The notes under the pieces were generated by a model. The model saw only the letters and a program-made list of their open reading frames with translations. It made no database searches and was not told the origin of the DNA. From assembly GCA_944391335.1 (NCBI GenBank), contig CALXTF010000003.1, positions 4,323 to 68,322 on the forward strand: a stretch of DNA of 64,000 nt, given 5' to 3'. This document shows positions 9,721 to 19,700 of the stretch, piece by piece. This DNA comes from an uncultured Alphaproteobacteria bacterium (lineage in GTDB: Bacteria > Pseudomonadota > Alphaproteobacteria > RF32 > CAG-239). The first letter of the stretch is position 1. Each line of letters opens with the position of its first letter. Position numbers and translations under genes: made by a program.

Positions 9721-10824
9721 ATGATGATTAAAATTTCAATTATACTTCCTGTCTATAATACGGCCAAATATCTTGAAAAATGTTTGAAGGCATTAGCAGA
9801 TCAAACATTACATGAAATTGAAATATTATGCGTTGATGATGGTTCCACGGATGATAGTTATAATATTTTGCAGAAATATGCTGATTTAGATTGTAGATTT
9901 AGAATATTTAAACAATCTCATTTAGGACCTGCGGCGGCGCGAAATATCGGATTAAATTATGCTTTGGCACCATATATTATGTTTTGTGATGCGGATGATT
10001 GGTATGAACCGGATTATTGTCGGATAATGTATGAAATTATGGAAAACAATCAAGTAGATGTTGCTGTTTGTCATACAAATCTTGTTTTTGAAGATAAAAA
10101 TGATTATTTACGTCGACAAGAGACCAAGGAAGAATTATATAATTCCTCTTATGAAGGAAAACTTCTTTTAGACCATTGTTTATTACATAAAACAAGTGTC
10201 GTTTTGTGGAATAAAATTTTTCGTAAAAGTATTATTGAAGAACAAGAAATATTTTTCCCCGACGGATGTGATCATGAAGATGACGCTTTTTGGATACTCT
10301 ATGGACTTCAAGCCCAAACGATCTTTTTTTTATCAAAAAAACTTTATAATTACCGTATTCGTCCAAATTCTATTATGAGCAGCTATTTTATTCATCAACC
10401 TAAAAATAAATATGAACGTTTTAAAATATGTAATTTTGTGTATAATATTTTAAAAAGAAAAAATATATTAAATCAAAAACTATCTGTTGTTTCAGAGTTT
10501 TTTAAAAGGCAGATGGAAATGATATTTTTTGAATTATTTTCCCCTCAAGAATTACAATCAATGGCTTTTGTCCTTAACCGATATCAAAAGGATTATATTT
10601 TTATTGAAAATAAAGGTCAAATATTTATAGCTCCGATTGTAGGTATTCAAGCAGCAAATAAAATTCTTTTTATCAAGTATTGGCTGCTTTCTAAAATTTG
10701 TATTGGTTTTAAAAGAAAAGAGTATAAAGAAAAAAGAAAAATCATACGCAATCAAATAAAAATAAAAAAAATAATAAATAAAAAATATTCATCTGATTTT
10801 AACAAATATTTGAACCTTAATTGA
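9721..10824 (+). CDS. glycosyltransferase family 2
   Basis: ISIILPVYN, VDDGSTD, ARNIGL, FCDADD, EDD. Confidence 0.88.
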   Translation: MMIKISIILPVYNTAKYLEKCLKALADQTLHEIEILCVDDGSTDDSYNILQKYADLDCRFRIFKQSHLGPAAARNIGLNYALAPYIMFCDADDWYEPDYCRIMYEIMENNQVDVAVCHTNLVFEDKNDYLRRQETKEELYNSSYEGKLLLDHCLLHKTSVVLWNKIFRKSIIEEQEIFFPDGCDHEDDAFWILYGLQAQTIFFLSKKLYNYRIRPNSIMSSYFIHQPKNKYERFKICNFVYNILKRKNILNQKLSVVSEFFKRQMEMIFFELFSPQELQSMAFVLNRYQKDYIFIENKGQIFIAPIVGIQAANKILFIKYWLLSKICIGFKRKEYKEKRKIIRNQIKIKKIINKKYSSDFNKYLNLN

Positions 10825-10897
10825 ATAATGTAAAAGATATAAAATAAAGTTGACAAGTTTAAAAAAATATGTCATTTACAAAAAGGTTTTTGAAATT

Positions 10898-10974
10898 GCG
10901 CTCCTAGCTCAGCAGGATAGAGCAACAGCCTTCTAAGCTGTGGGTCGGGCGTTCGAATCGCCCGGAGCGCGCCA
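10898..10974 (+). tRNA. tRNA-Arg (anticodon TCT)
   Basis: Acceptor stem GCGCTCC/GGAGCGC, D-arm TAGCTCAGCAGGATAGAGC, anticodon arm ACAGC-CTTCTAA-GCTGT, GTTCGAATC T-loop, encoded CCA; TTGACA at 10850. Confidence 0.96.
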
Positions 10975-11017
10975 TTTCTTAATCCATAGTTCCCTTGTTT
11001 TTGGATATATATTATAA

Positions 11018-11052
11018 AATAAAACCAAATACTAAAAGTATTTGGTTTTATT
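11018..11052. terminator. hairpin terminator between the tRNA and the convergent small gene
   Basis: AATAAAACCAAATACT-aaa-AGTATTTGGTTTTATT perfect inverted repeat. Confidence 0.75.
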
Positions 11053-11073
11053 AATTGGGAATAATATATCAAG

Positions 11074-11298
11074 TTATTTAGATTGTGATATCATTTCTTC
11101 TTGATGATTTTTTTCTTGTTTTTCATTAAGGGCTGTTTTAGCTTTGTCCATTAATTTTTCAGTTCCTTGAGCGATATCGCTGCCGACTTGACCGACTGTA
11201 CTGTTTTGAGTTATTTGTCCATCATAAATACCTTTTGCTATTAAAAAAATAACAACAATTAAGACGATATAAAAAATATATTTTAATAAAGTTCCCAT
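11074..11298 (-). CDS. small single-pass membrane protein
   Basis: N-terminal hydrophobic helix, RBS ggag. Confidence 0.65.
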   Translation of the reverse strand: MGTLLKYIFYIVLIVVIFLIAKGIYDGQITQNSTVGQVGSDIAQGTEKLMDKAKTALNEKQEKNHQEEMISQSK

Positions 11299-11388
11299 AA
11301 TTATTTCTCCCGAAAATATAACCTCTATTGAGATAGTCAGAAAATATAAATTTTCAAGTTGATAATTAAAGATTATGATATTTTAAAA

Positions 11389-11994
11389 TTAATTTTGTTG
11401 TGTTTTTTGTTTAAGATTGTTGATTAAACCATCAATTCCGGTAGGAGAATTTTTGATAAAAGAAGTATATTCGCTTCTGGCCGTAATTGCTAAACTGACA
11501 TTTTCAATGATAATATCTACAATTTTATATTTATCTCCGGTTTGTTTCACTCTCCAAATTACAGTTGCGGGTTTTCCTTCATCCATGGGAACTTTTGAAT
11601 TAACAAATATCTGATTGGCGGAATTAGAGGGAGATGTTCCTTCAAAAATAAATTCCTTTCCTTTAAATTCATCAAAGCGTTTGGACCATGTTTGCACATT
11701 AAGTTGACGATATATATTTATAAATTCTTCTTTTTGTTTAGGAGAAGCCGTACGCCAATAACGTCCCAGCACGAATTGTCCAATATATTTTAGATCAAGA
11801 GCTTGATTAAAAAGTTTAGCGAAGCGTTCATCTTTTTCTTTTTGAGATACGTTGGAATTGATAATTTCCGTTAATCCTTCGTTTGTAATTTCTTTTACGA
11901 AATTTTCTGCCTCAAGGTTATTGACAGAGGCATGAGTATTATGGATTTCCATTAAAAAGAAGGTTGTGATAAAAATAACAAGAAAGTTTTTCAT
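11389..11994 (-). CDS. mlaC: phospholipid-binding periplasmic protein MlaC/Ttg2D
   Basis: FVLGRYWR, KIVDIIIENVSLAITARSEY; adjacent to mlaA. Confidence 0.85.
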   Translation of the reverse strand: MKNFLVIFITTFFLMEIHNTHASVNNLEAENFVKEITNEGLTEIINSNVSQKEKDERFAKLFNQALDLKYIGQFVLGRYWRTASPKQKEEFINIYRQLNVQTWSKRFDEFKGKEFIFEGTSPSNSANQIFVNSKVPMDEGKPATVIWRVKQTGDKYKIVDIIIENVSLAITARSEYTSFIKNSPTGIDGLINNLKQKTQQN

Positions 11995-12005
11995 TTAAGT
12001 TTTCC

Positions 12006-12764
12006 TTATTCAAATTCAAATTCTTCATCAACATCGAAGTCAAAATCATAACTAGGAGTGTTATTTTGATTTTGATGAGAGCAATAATTGTTCAATTTTT
12101 GGCGATTTTGAATATAAGCAGAGCGAATAGTGCTATAATAATCGACAGAGCCTCTTTCTATATCATCAAGTAAATCGAGACCGCGTTCACGAGCATGAAT
12201 AGCAACAATTGCAGCATAACTGAAAGAAATTTTATCGGCGTAATTTTTATCATTTCGAGGCAGCCAGTACATGGGGCTGACAAAAGCATCTGCGGTATAG
12301 CTAGCTAAAGAACGGGGAGTAAAGGGACCTAGAATAGGAACAACAATGAAAGGACCGTCAGGAACACAGTAATGAGCCAAAGTATCGTCGAAACCGGTTA
12401 GATTTTTTTTAAGTCCCCAACCGGAAGCAACATCAAACATTCCACCAAGTCCTAGTGTTGAATTAATTAAGAATCTACCAAGGGAGACAAAAGTTTCTTT
12501 AATATTTCCTTGTAAAGTATGATTGACTACGGTAAGAGGTTCGCGTATATTATCAATAAAGGAATCCACTCGGTAACGCATATCAGGAGTTGTAATTGCC
12601 CGATAGCCTTTTGCCAGAGGCTTAAAGGCGTATTTATCTAATTGATAATTGAATTCAAACATGGAACGATTATAACTTTCCAACCAATCATTATTTTCTG
12701 ATGCTTGAGAGTTCGGAATAAATACGATTAATGAAAAAGTTAGTAATGTGATATATTTTAACAA
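12006..12764 (-). CDS. mlaA: VacJ/MlaA lipid-asymmetry protein
   Basis: ESYNRSMFEFN, RFLINSTLGLGGMFDVA, GPFIVVPILGP, DYYSTIRSAY; TTG start. Confidence 0.88.
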   Translation of the reverse strand: MLKYITLLTFSLIVFIPNSQASENNDWLESYNRSMFEFNYQLDKYAFKPLAKGYRAITTPDMRYRVDSFIDNIREPLTVVNHTLQGNIKETFVSLGRFLINSTLGLGGMFDVASGWGLKKNLTGFDDTLAHYCVPDGPFIVVPILGPFTPRSLASYTADAFVSPMYWLPRNDKNYADKISFSYAAIVAIHARERGLDLLDDIERGSVDYYSTIRSAYIQNRQKLNNYCSHQNQNNTPSYDFDFDVDEEFEFE

Positions 12765-12976
12765 AACAAGTCCTTTCTAATCCTTATTTAATTAATTTAA
12801 CTTTAATATAACAAGATATTAATTTAATATCAATGGTAAAAAAAATATCAAGAGTAAAATATTTTCATAAAGAATCGCAGATAAAATGTTACAATCAGAA
12901 ATTTTTTGTGTTTTGCGTTTATAAAATGTTTATTGTACAAGTAAAGCCAGTTGAAATTTAAAAAGGAACTTTTATT

Positions 12977-14134
12977 ATGAATACGCCTAAAAAACCCATT
13001 ATGTTATTTGATTGTAAAACATCTCAGTCTATTATTGGCCGCGAGAATTTTTTAAATGCTTTTGAAAAAATATTAGATCATGGTGCATATTGCCAAGGAC
13101 CTGAGACGCGTGAATTAGATGCAAAATTAGCCGCTTATTCCAATGTAAAATATTGTTCCACTTGTGGTTCAGGCACAGATGCGTTGACGCTTGCTTTAAT
13201 GGCATGGGATGTCAAACCCGGAGATGCGGTTTTTGTATCTTCATTTACTTTTGTTTCTTCTGCCGAAGCACCTGTTTTACTTGGAGCGACGCCTATTTTT
13301 GTTGATTCCGAAGCGGATACTTATACAATGGATCCTAAAGATTTAAAACGAGCGATTGAAGAAGTTAAAAAAGAAGGGAAATTGCGGTTAAAAGCCGTTA
13401 TTCCCGTTGATATATTCGGATCACCTTGTAAATATGATGAAATTATTAAAATAGCGCATGAAAACGGAATGAAAGTTCTTTCAGATTCTTGCCAATCCTA
13501 TGGTTCTGTTTATAAGGGTAGGAGATGTTGTTCAATTGCCGATATGAGTGCAACGTCATTTTATCCAACAAAGCCTTTAGGCGGATATGGAGATGGCGGA
13601 GCTGTATTTTCGAATAATGAAGAAGAAGATGCTTTAGTTCAATCTTGTCGTGTTCATGGAATGAGCAAAGAAGATCATTATGATAATGTACGTTTAGGCA
13701 TGACAGGACGTATGAATACTTTTCAAGCAGCGGTTTTATTGCAAAAACTAAAGGTTTTTGATCAGGAATTAAAAGATAGATATCGTGTTGCAAAACGTTA
13801 TGATGAAGAATTGAGTGATTATTACGGTAAACAGAAAATATTGGATGATTGTCAATCCGCATACGCTCTTTATACAATACATTGTCCGGATCGAGATGAA
13901 CTTATGTCGTATTTAAAAGAGAACGGTATTCCTTGTGGAACCTATTATCCTCGACCGGTTAATGTTCAAACGGCTTATGAAAAATGGAACACTCGTTCAT
14001 TACCTATTTGCGAAAATTTATCAAAAACGGCCTTATCTATTCCTATGACGCCTTATCTTGATGATGAGGATCTTGATTATATTATTTCCAAGATGAATGA
14101 ATTTGCTGCCAAAAAAATCAATCGAGCAGCTTAA
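12977..14134 (+). CDS. DegT/DnrJ/EryC1/StrS PLP-dependent sugar aminotransferase
   Basis: SGTDAL, SFYPTKPLGGYGDGGA (PLP lysine). Confidence 0.9.
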   Translation: MNTPKKPIMLFDCKTSQSIIGRENFLNAFEKILDHGAYCQGPETRELDAKLAAYSNVKYCSTCGSGTDALTLALMAWDVKPGDAVFVSSFTFVSSAEAPVLLGATPIFVDSEADTYTMDPKDLKRAIEEVKKEGKLRLKAVIPVDIFGSPCKYDEIIKIAHENGMKVLSDSCQSYGSVYKGRRCCSIADMSATSFYPTKPLGGYGDGGAVFSNNEEEDALVQSCRVHGMSKEDHYDNVRLGMTGRMNTFQAAVLLQKLKVFDQELKDRYRVAKRYDEELSDYYGKQKILDDCQSAYALYTIHCPDRDELMSYLKENGIPCGTYYPRPVNVQTAYEKWNTRSLPICENLSKTALSIPMTPYLDDEDLDYIISKMNEFAAKKINRAA

Positions 14135-14148
14135 TTGATATAAAGGAA

Positions 14149-14192
14149 ACACACAAAAGCCTCCTGCCGTTAAGAAGGAGGCTTTTGTGTGT
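14149..14192 (+). terminator. rho-independent terminator
   Basis: 17-bp perfect stem ACACACAAAAGCCTCCT / AGGAGGCTTTTGTGTGT with a 10-nt loop. Confidence 0.8.
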
Positions 14193-14319
14193 AAAATAAG
14201 AAAGCTTGTTGCACTTTTAGAAAATCTAATTTATATCTGACTTGTACAAAGAAAAGAGAAAATATATAAAAGAAATGAGGGTGTTTTTTTTATATTAAGA
14301 AGGAATTTTTTTCTTACAG

Positions 14320-14346
14320 TTGCACTTTAAATATAATTACCTATAT
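14320..14346 (+). promoter_or_regulatory. putative RpoH (sigma32)-type promoter of lon
   Basis: TTG-N17-CCTATAT resembles the alphaproteobacterial RpoH consensus; GTTGCACTTT occurs twice (14208 and 14319). Confidence 0.45.
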
Positions 14347-14378
14347 ATTGTATATCGTGTTTTAATCGGGAAAAAGTA

Positions 14379-16712
14379 ATGAGTAAAAAAATATATCCAA
14401 TTCTTCCGCTGCGGGATATTGTTGTATATCCTAAGATGATTGTACCGCTTTTTGTTGGTCGTGAAAAATCAATTAAAGCATTGCAATCGGCAATAGATAA
14501 TGATCAAAATATTGTTTTGGCGACACAAAAAGACGCAGCTACGGAAGATCCAACAGAAAATGATATTTTTCATGTGGGAACATTAGGTACAGTTGTGCAA
14601 TTGGTTCGTTTACCTGATGGTACAGTTAAAGTATTGATAGAAGGTGTAAGCAGGGTTCGTATAGAAGAGTTTATACAGGCAGATGATTTTATGAACGTAT
14701 CTGTTGAAGTTATACCGGATGATATGACGCATGATATAGAGGTTGAAGCATTATCACGGGCGGTTCTTTCTCAATTTGAGGAATATGTTAAATTAGGAAA
14801 AAAAGTTCCGCCGGAAGTTTTTGTTTCGGTCAGTCAAGTAGAAGATTTAAATAAATTAGCGGATACAATAGCCTCACATCTTTCGTTGAAAATAGAGGAA
14901 AAGCAAGCTTTACTTGAAGGGAAAAGTTTAAAAGACCGTTTTGAGAAAATTTTAGAATATATGGATGCCGAAATTACATTGCTTGAAGTTGAAAACAAGA
15001 TTAAATCTCGCGTTAAGAAACAAATGGAGAAAAGCCAAAAAGAATATTATTTAAATGAGCAAATGCGGGCTATTCAAAAAGAATTAGGCGATGGCGATGA
15101 AGAAAATGAAATAAATGCCTATATGCAAAAAATTGAAAAGACGAAACTTTCAAAAGAAGCTCGAGAGAAAGCCTTATCAGAAGTCAAAAAATTAAAGACG
15201 ATGAGTATGATGTCTGCCGAAGCGACGGTTGTACGTAATTATTTAGATTGGTTATTGGATATACCATGGCACAAACGTTCCAAAGTCAATAAAGATTTAC
15301 AAAAAGCGGCAGAGATTTTAGATGCGGATCATTATGGTCTTGATAAGGTAAAGGAACGGATAATAGAATATTTAGCGGTTCAGAGCCGTGCGGATAAAGT
15401 TAAAGGTCCTATTTTATGTTTATTTGGTCCTCCGGGTGTTGGTAAGACCTCTTTAGGTAAATCGATAGCTCGGGCAACGGGAAGAAGTTTTGTACGCACG
15501 TCTCTTGGCGGTATGCGGGATGAAGCGGAGATAAGAGGGCATAGACGGACTTATATAGGATCCATGCCGGGAAAAGTTATTAAAGGAATGAAAAAGGCCG
15601 GTACATCTAATCCTTTATTTTTGCTTGATGAAATAGATAAATTAGGTAATGATTGGCGTGGAGATCCTTCATCGGCATTGCTTGAAGTGTTGGATCCGGA
15701 ACAAAACAATACATTTAACGATCATTATTTAGAAGTTGATTATGATTTATCAGATGTTATGTTTGTTACAACTGCCAATAGTCTTGATATGCCGAGGCCG
15801 CTTTTAGATAGAATGGAGATTATTCGACTTTCTGGTTATACAGAAGATGAAAAGATTGAAATAGCAAAACGTCATTTATTACCAAAGATATTTTCAGAGA
15901 ATGCGGTTAAGGCGGAAGAATTATTTATAAGTGATGATGCTATTCGAGACATTATTCGTTACTATACTCGTGAAGCAGGAGTTCGTAATTTAGAAAGAGA
16001 GCTTTCGAATATCGCTCGCAAAGCGGTTAAAAATTTATTAATGAACAAAAAAGTCGGAAGAATAGATGTTACGAGCAGTAATTTAGAAGAATATCTTGGC
16101 GTTAAGAAGTACCGTTATGGTGAAGCGGAAGATGAAGATCATATAGGTGTTACGACGGGTTTAGCATGGACGGAAGTTGGTGGTGACATATTATTTATTG
16201 AAGCTGTAGATATGCCGGGCAAGGGTATTGTTAAGCAGACCGGCAAGCTAGGGGAAGTTATGAAAGAATCTATAGAAACAGCTTATTCTGTTGTACGTTC
16301 ACATGCCAAGAAGTTAGGTATTAAGCCGGAAGTTTTTGAAAAAACGGATATACATGTTCATGTGCCGGAGGGAGCCACTCCTAAAGATGGACCGTCTGCG
16401 GGTATAGCGATGTATACGACGTTGGTCTCTGTTTTAACGAAGATACCTGTGCGCAAAGATGTTGCCATGACGGGAGAAATCACGCTTCAGGGTAGAGTTC
16501 TTCCAATAGGGGGATTAAAAGAGAAGTTATTATCTGCGCTCAGAGGTGGAATAAAAACAGTGATTATACCGAAAGATAATGAAAAAGACTTGGTTGAGAT
16601 TCCGGACAACGTAAAGAAAGGATTAAAGATTATTCCTGTTGAGAATGCAGACGAAGTTTTGGATATCGCCTTACATAAGAGCTGTAAATTACCCAAAAAA
16701 GAGAAAAAATAA
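14379..16712 (+). CDS. lon: ATP-dependent Lon protease
   Basis: [14 protein letters not shown] Walker A, PKDGPSAG catalytic Ser, IGGLKEK. Confidence 0.97.
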   Translation: MSKKIYPILPLRDIVVYPKMIVPLFVGREKSIKALQSAIDNDQNIVLATQKDAATEDPTENDIFHVGTLGTVVQLVRLPDGTVKVLIEGVSRVRIEEFIQADDFMNVSVEVIPDDMTHDIEVEALSRAVLSQFEEYVKLGKKVPPEVFVSVSQVEDLNKLADTIASHLSLKIEEKQALLEGKSLKDRFEKILEYMDAEITLLEVENKIKSRVKKQMEKSQKEYYLNEQMRAIQKELGDGDEENEINAYMQKIEKTKLSKEAREKALSEVKKLKTMSMMSAEATVVRNYLDWLLDIPWHKRSKVNKDLQKAAEILDADHYGLDKVKERIIEYLAVQSRADKVKGPILCLFGPPGVGKTSLGKSIARATGRSFVRTSLGGMRDEAEIRGHRRTYIGSMPGKVIKGMKKAGTSNPLFLLDEIDKLGNDWRGDPSSALLEVLDPEQNNTFNDHYLEVDYDLSDVMFVTTANSLDMPRPLLDRMEIIRLSGYTEDEKIEIAKRHLLPKIFSENAVKAEELFISDDAIRDIIRYYTREAGVRNLERELSNIARKAVKNLLMNKKVGRIDVTSSNLEEYLGVKKYRYGEAEDEDHIGVTTGLAWTEVGGDILFIEAVDMPGKGIVKQTGKLGEVMKESIETAYSVVRSHAKKLGIKPEVFEKTDIHVHVPEGATPKDGPSAGIAMYTTLVSVLTKIPVRKDVAMTGEITLQGRVLPIGGLKEKLLSALRGGIKTVIIPKDNEKDLVEIPDNVKKGLKIIPVENADEVLDIALHKSCKLPKKEKK

Positions 16713-16731
16713 AATTTTGATTTTTTAATAA

Positions 16732-16762
16732 AAAAAACGTGGGAGATAATCCCACGTTTTTT
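16732..16762. terminator. bidirectional terminator (lon / autotransporter)
   Basis: AAAAAACGTGGGA-gataa-TCCCACGTTTTTT. Confidence 0.85.
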
Positions 16763-16775
16763 AGGTTTTGAAAGT

Positions 16776-19700
16776 CTAGAAAGCGTAATCTAAACCAAGG
16801 CCAAAGGCGGAACCTTCATAATCTGTGCCAAAGGTATAGTTCGCCCAACAATAAGCAGAAAGATTGTCTGTGAAGCTGTAGCTTCCTCCCATTTCTATCC
16901 GGCCTAATGTCGCATCTTCTATTGCGTCAACATTATCCATATTTGTAACATGAACATCTCCGCCGGAAATTAAAGTTTGGACAATACTTGGCTTAATATA
17001 AGCATTCGCATATCCTTCATCCATCATAAAGGTCTTGGTTAGTTTCAGACCAGCCTCTAATTCAACTTCATCTATATTGTCATATCTGGCTTCTTTACCA
17101 AAGCAATCTTTTAGATTGTCGTAATCGATATGTGTATAGTAAACACCTAATTCCGGCGTCAGATATAGCGTGTCGCTTAAAGCGTAATCATAGCCGCCTT
17201 CAACGCTTGCGCCAAACTCATATCCATCCGTATCCGCTTTCATGCCGTCGTCTGTTTTAAAGTCTGCTTTCTGAATACCACCGTATAGAGTTCCAAAACC
17301 CCACCAATTGTTCTTATCATAACGATAATATAAACCAGCTATATAACTGTCTATATCTATCTCTGAACCAATCGTTGAATAATATCTGTCTCCAGCTCCA
17401 TCCATATCATAGTTACCTTGACGATATGAAACAAATATACCTAAACGGTTGTTGATATCATGTTGAATGTCTCCTCCGGCTTCAATCCCCCATATTTTGG
17501 CATCAATATCAACAGGTGAATCAATATTGGAAACATAATATGTCGGATTTACCCATAAATTGTAATAAGGTTCGCCATTCCAATGACTGTCAACAAAACT
17601 GCAAGATTTGCTGTATACACGGCTGTTCTTTACTTGATTGCTGATGTTGTCAATCATACCGCGGGTTTGTTCTAAAGCTGCGGCAGGTAAGGCATCATAA
17701 GCTATAACTTCTGCATATACAAGATTTGTTGTACTTGGTATGTCGCCGCTTGGTTCATCGGCATCAGGTTCGTCTGTGCCAGGTTCATCTGTGCCAGGTT
17801 CGTCTGTGCCAGGTTCATCTGTGCCAGGTTCATCTGTGCCAGGTTCATCAGGTTCTTCAACCATAAAATCTTCATTTTCTACATCATTCATAAACAATGA
17901 CCATTCATGTTCTGTCGTTCCTTCTCCGGTCATCGCAATATCAAACATGTATGGACTTTGATAAACACGATATACTTCAAAGGATTCTTCACCACCTTCG
18001 TTATCATTAGTAGATTGAGCAAAGACAATACTTTCTCCACGAATATCCGCATCAGAGCTTGGATGTATAATCAATTGCGTCGTTCCTTCAACATCACCGG
18101 TTATATGAAGTTCATCTGCTTTCATATTTTCAACGTCAACATCTATGTGCAGAAAGTTCGTTCCTGTCGAAGCATTCCAGCCTGCAAGATTAATTGTGTC
18201 ATATAAATTGTTATGGATATCTAATGTCGCGTTTCTTAGTGTTAAAACCGTAACAGGTTCTGATCCATCTCCTGTCGTGAAATTACCTACACTCGCTTGT
18301 GCCTCATCGTCATATTGATGTTTTCCTAACCGAAGTGTCGTACCTTCAACCAAAACCTGATTAGCGTTGATAATATCGTTGTTCATACTGATGTATTGAG
18401 TTGTGTGTCCTGTACTGGTGTCTCCTTGAATCTTGTCGGTAACAGGTACTTCATCACCGATAAATGCAAGATTATAGTAATAACCATCATAGGTTACAGA
18501 ACTTCCATCTTCAAAACCACCCTCAATACTGTCATTAATAACCCAATTACCGCCATCACTTACATCAAAAGTAATCGTTGGTGCTGTATCTGAGCTGTTT
18601 GAACCTTGTATATATATCGCATTATAATCTTTACCTTCACTATCTTGAGTATAGTTCCCTGATATAAGTCTATCTTGTCCGTTAGTGGTAAAGGTTAAAT
18701 TCTGAGATGTATATACCGCGCCACCAAATGCAAGATTATCAGCATTTGTTGTTTTAGCATAGTTATTGGTAAAATCACCGCTAATGCTATCTATGGTGCC
18801 GCTGCCGCCGCTATAAAATGCTCCTCCGCGTGCAGAAGCTTGTGTGCTTTGGGCATAGTTGCCGCTAAAATCACCCGTAATGGTTCCAAGAGATGAATCA
18901 TGATTATATATAGCACCACCTTCAGCTCCCAAAGCTGCCTCTACATTATTGTCTGTAAAGTTACCGGTAATGCTTGTAATCGCATTCGGTGCAGCTAAAT
19001 TATAAATAGCTCCGCCTTGGGCATAAGCTGTCTGTGAAGTTGCCGTGTTTCCTTCAAAATCTCCAGAAATAGATTGAATGATTCCGCGATTGTGTACAGC
19101 TCCTCCTTGGGCATAATTGCTGCTATCTACCGTGTTATTCGTAAAATCTCCCGTAATATTACCTATTGTGTTAGTGGATGAGTAATTATAAATGGCTCCT
19201 CCAAGAGCTATTCCATTAGTTCCTGTTGCGGTATTGTTTTCAAAATTACCATCTATATCACCTATTGCACCATTGTTAAAAATAGCTCCTCCTTGGGAAT
19301 CGGTATTTCCTGTAGCTTGGTTGTTGCTAAAGTCGCCTATAATTTCATCTATTGTAGCAGAGGAAGATTCATTATATATGGCTCCGCCTTGTGCGTAAAT
19401 TGTATTTGATTGTACGGTATTCCCATCAAAATTACTGGTAATTGTTCCAATTGAACCATGGTTGTTAATGGCTCCACCTAAAGCCGTGGTTTGTGCTGAT
19501 GTGGAATTATTCGCAAAATCACCATTTATTTCTGTAATTGAACCACTAACATTGTATATGGCTCCACCCCATGCCGCCATATTCGTACTTGTCGCGGTGT
19601 TATCGGTAAAATTACCGGTAATGGTTCCTATTTGATTTGTATTGTAGATGGCTCCGCCATGTGCATCATTGTTCGCCATCGTCGAATTACCGTCAAAATC

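Noticed and set aside
10872-11072. 66-aa minus-strand ORF
   Set aside because: Antisense to tRNA-Arg and its terminator
17740-17961. Plus-strand (SSVPG)n ORF and other short ORFs inside the autotransporter
   Set aside because: Antisense shadows of the repeats
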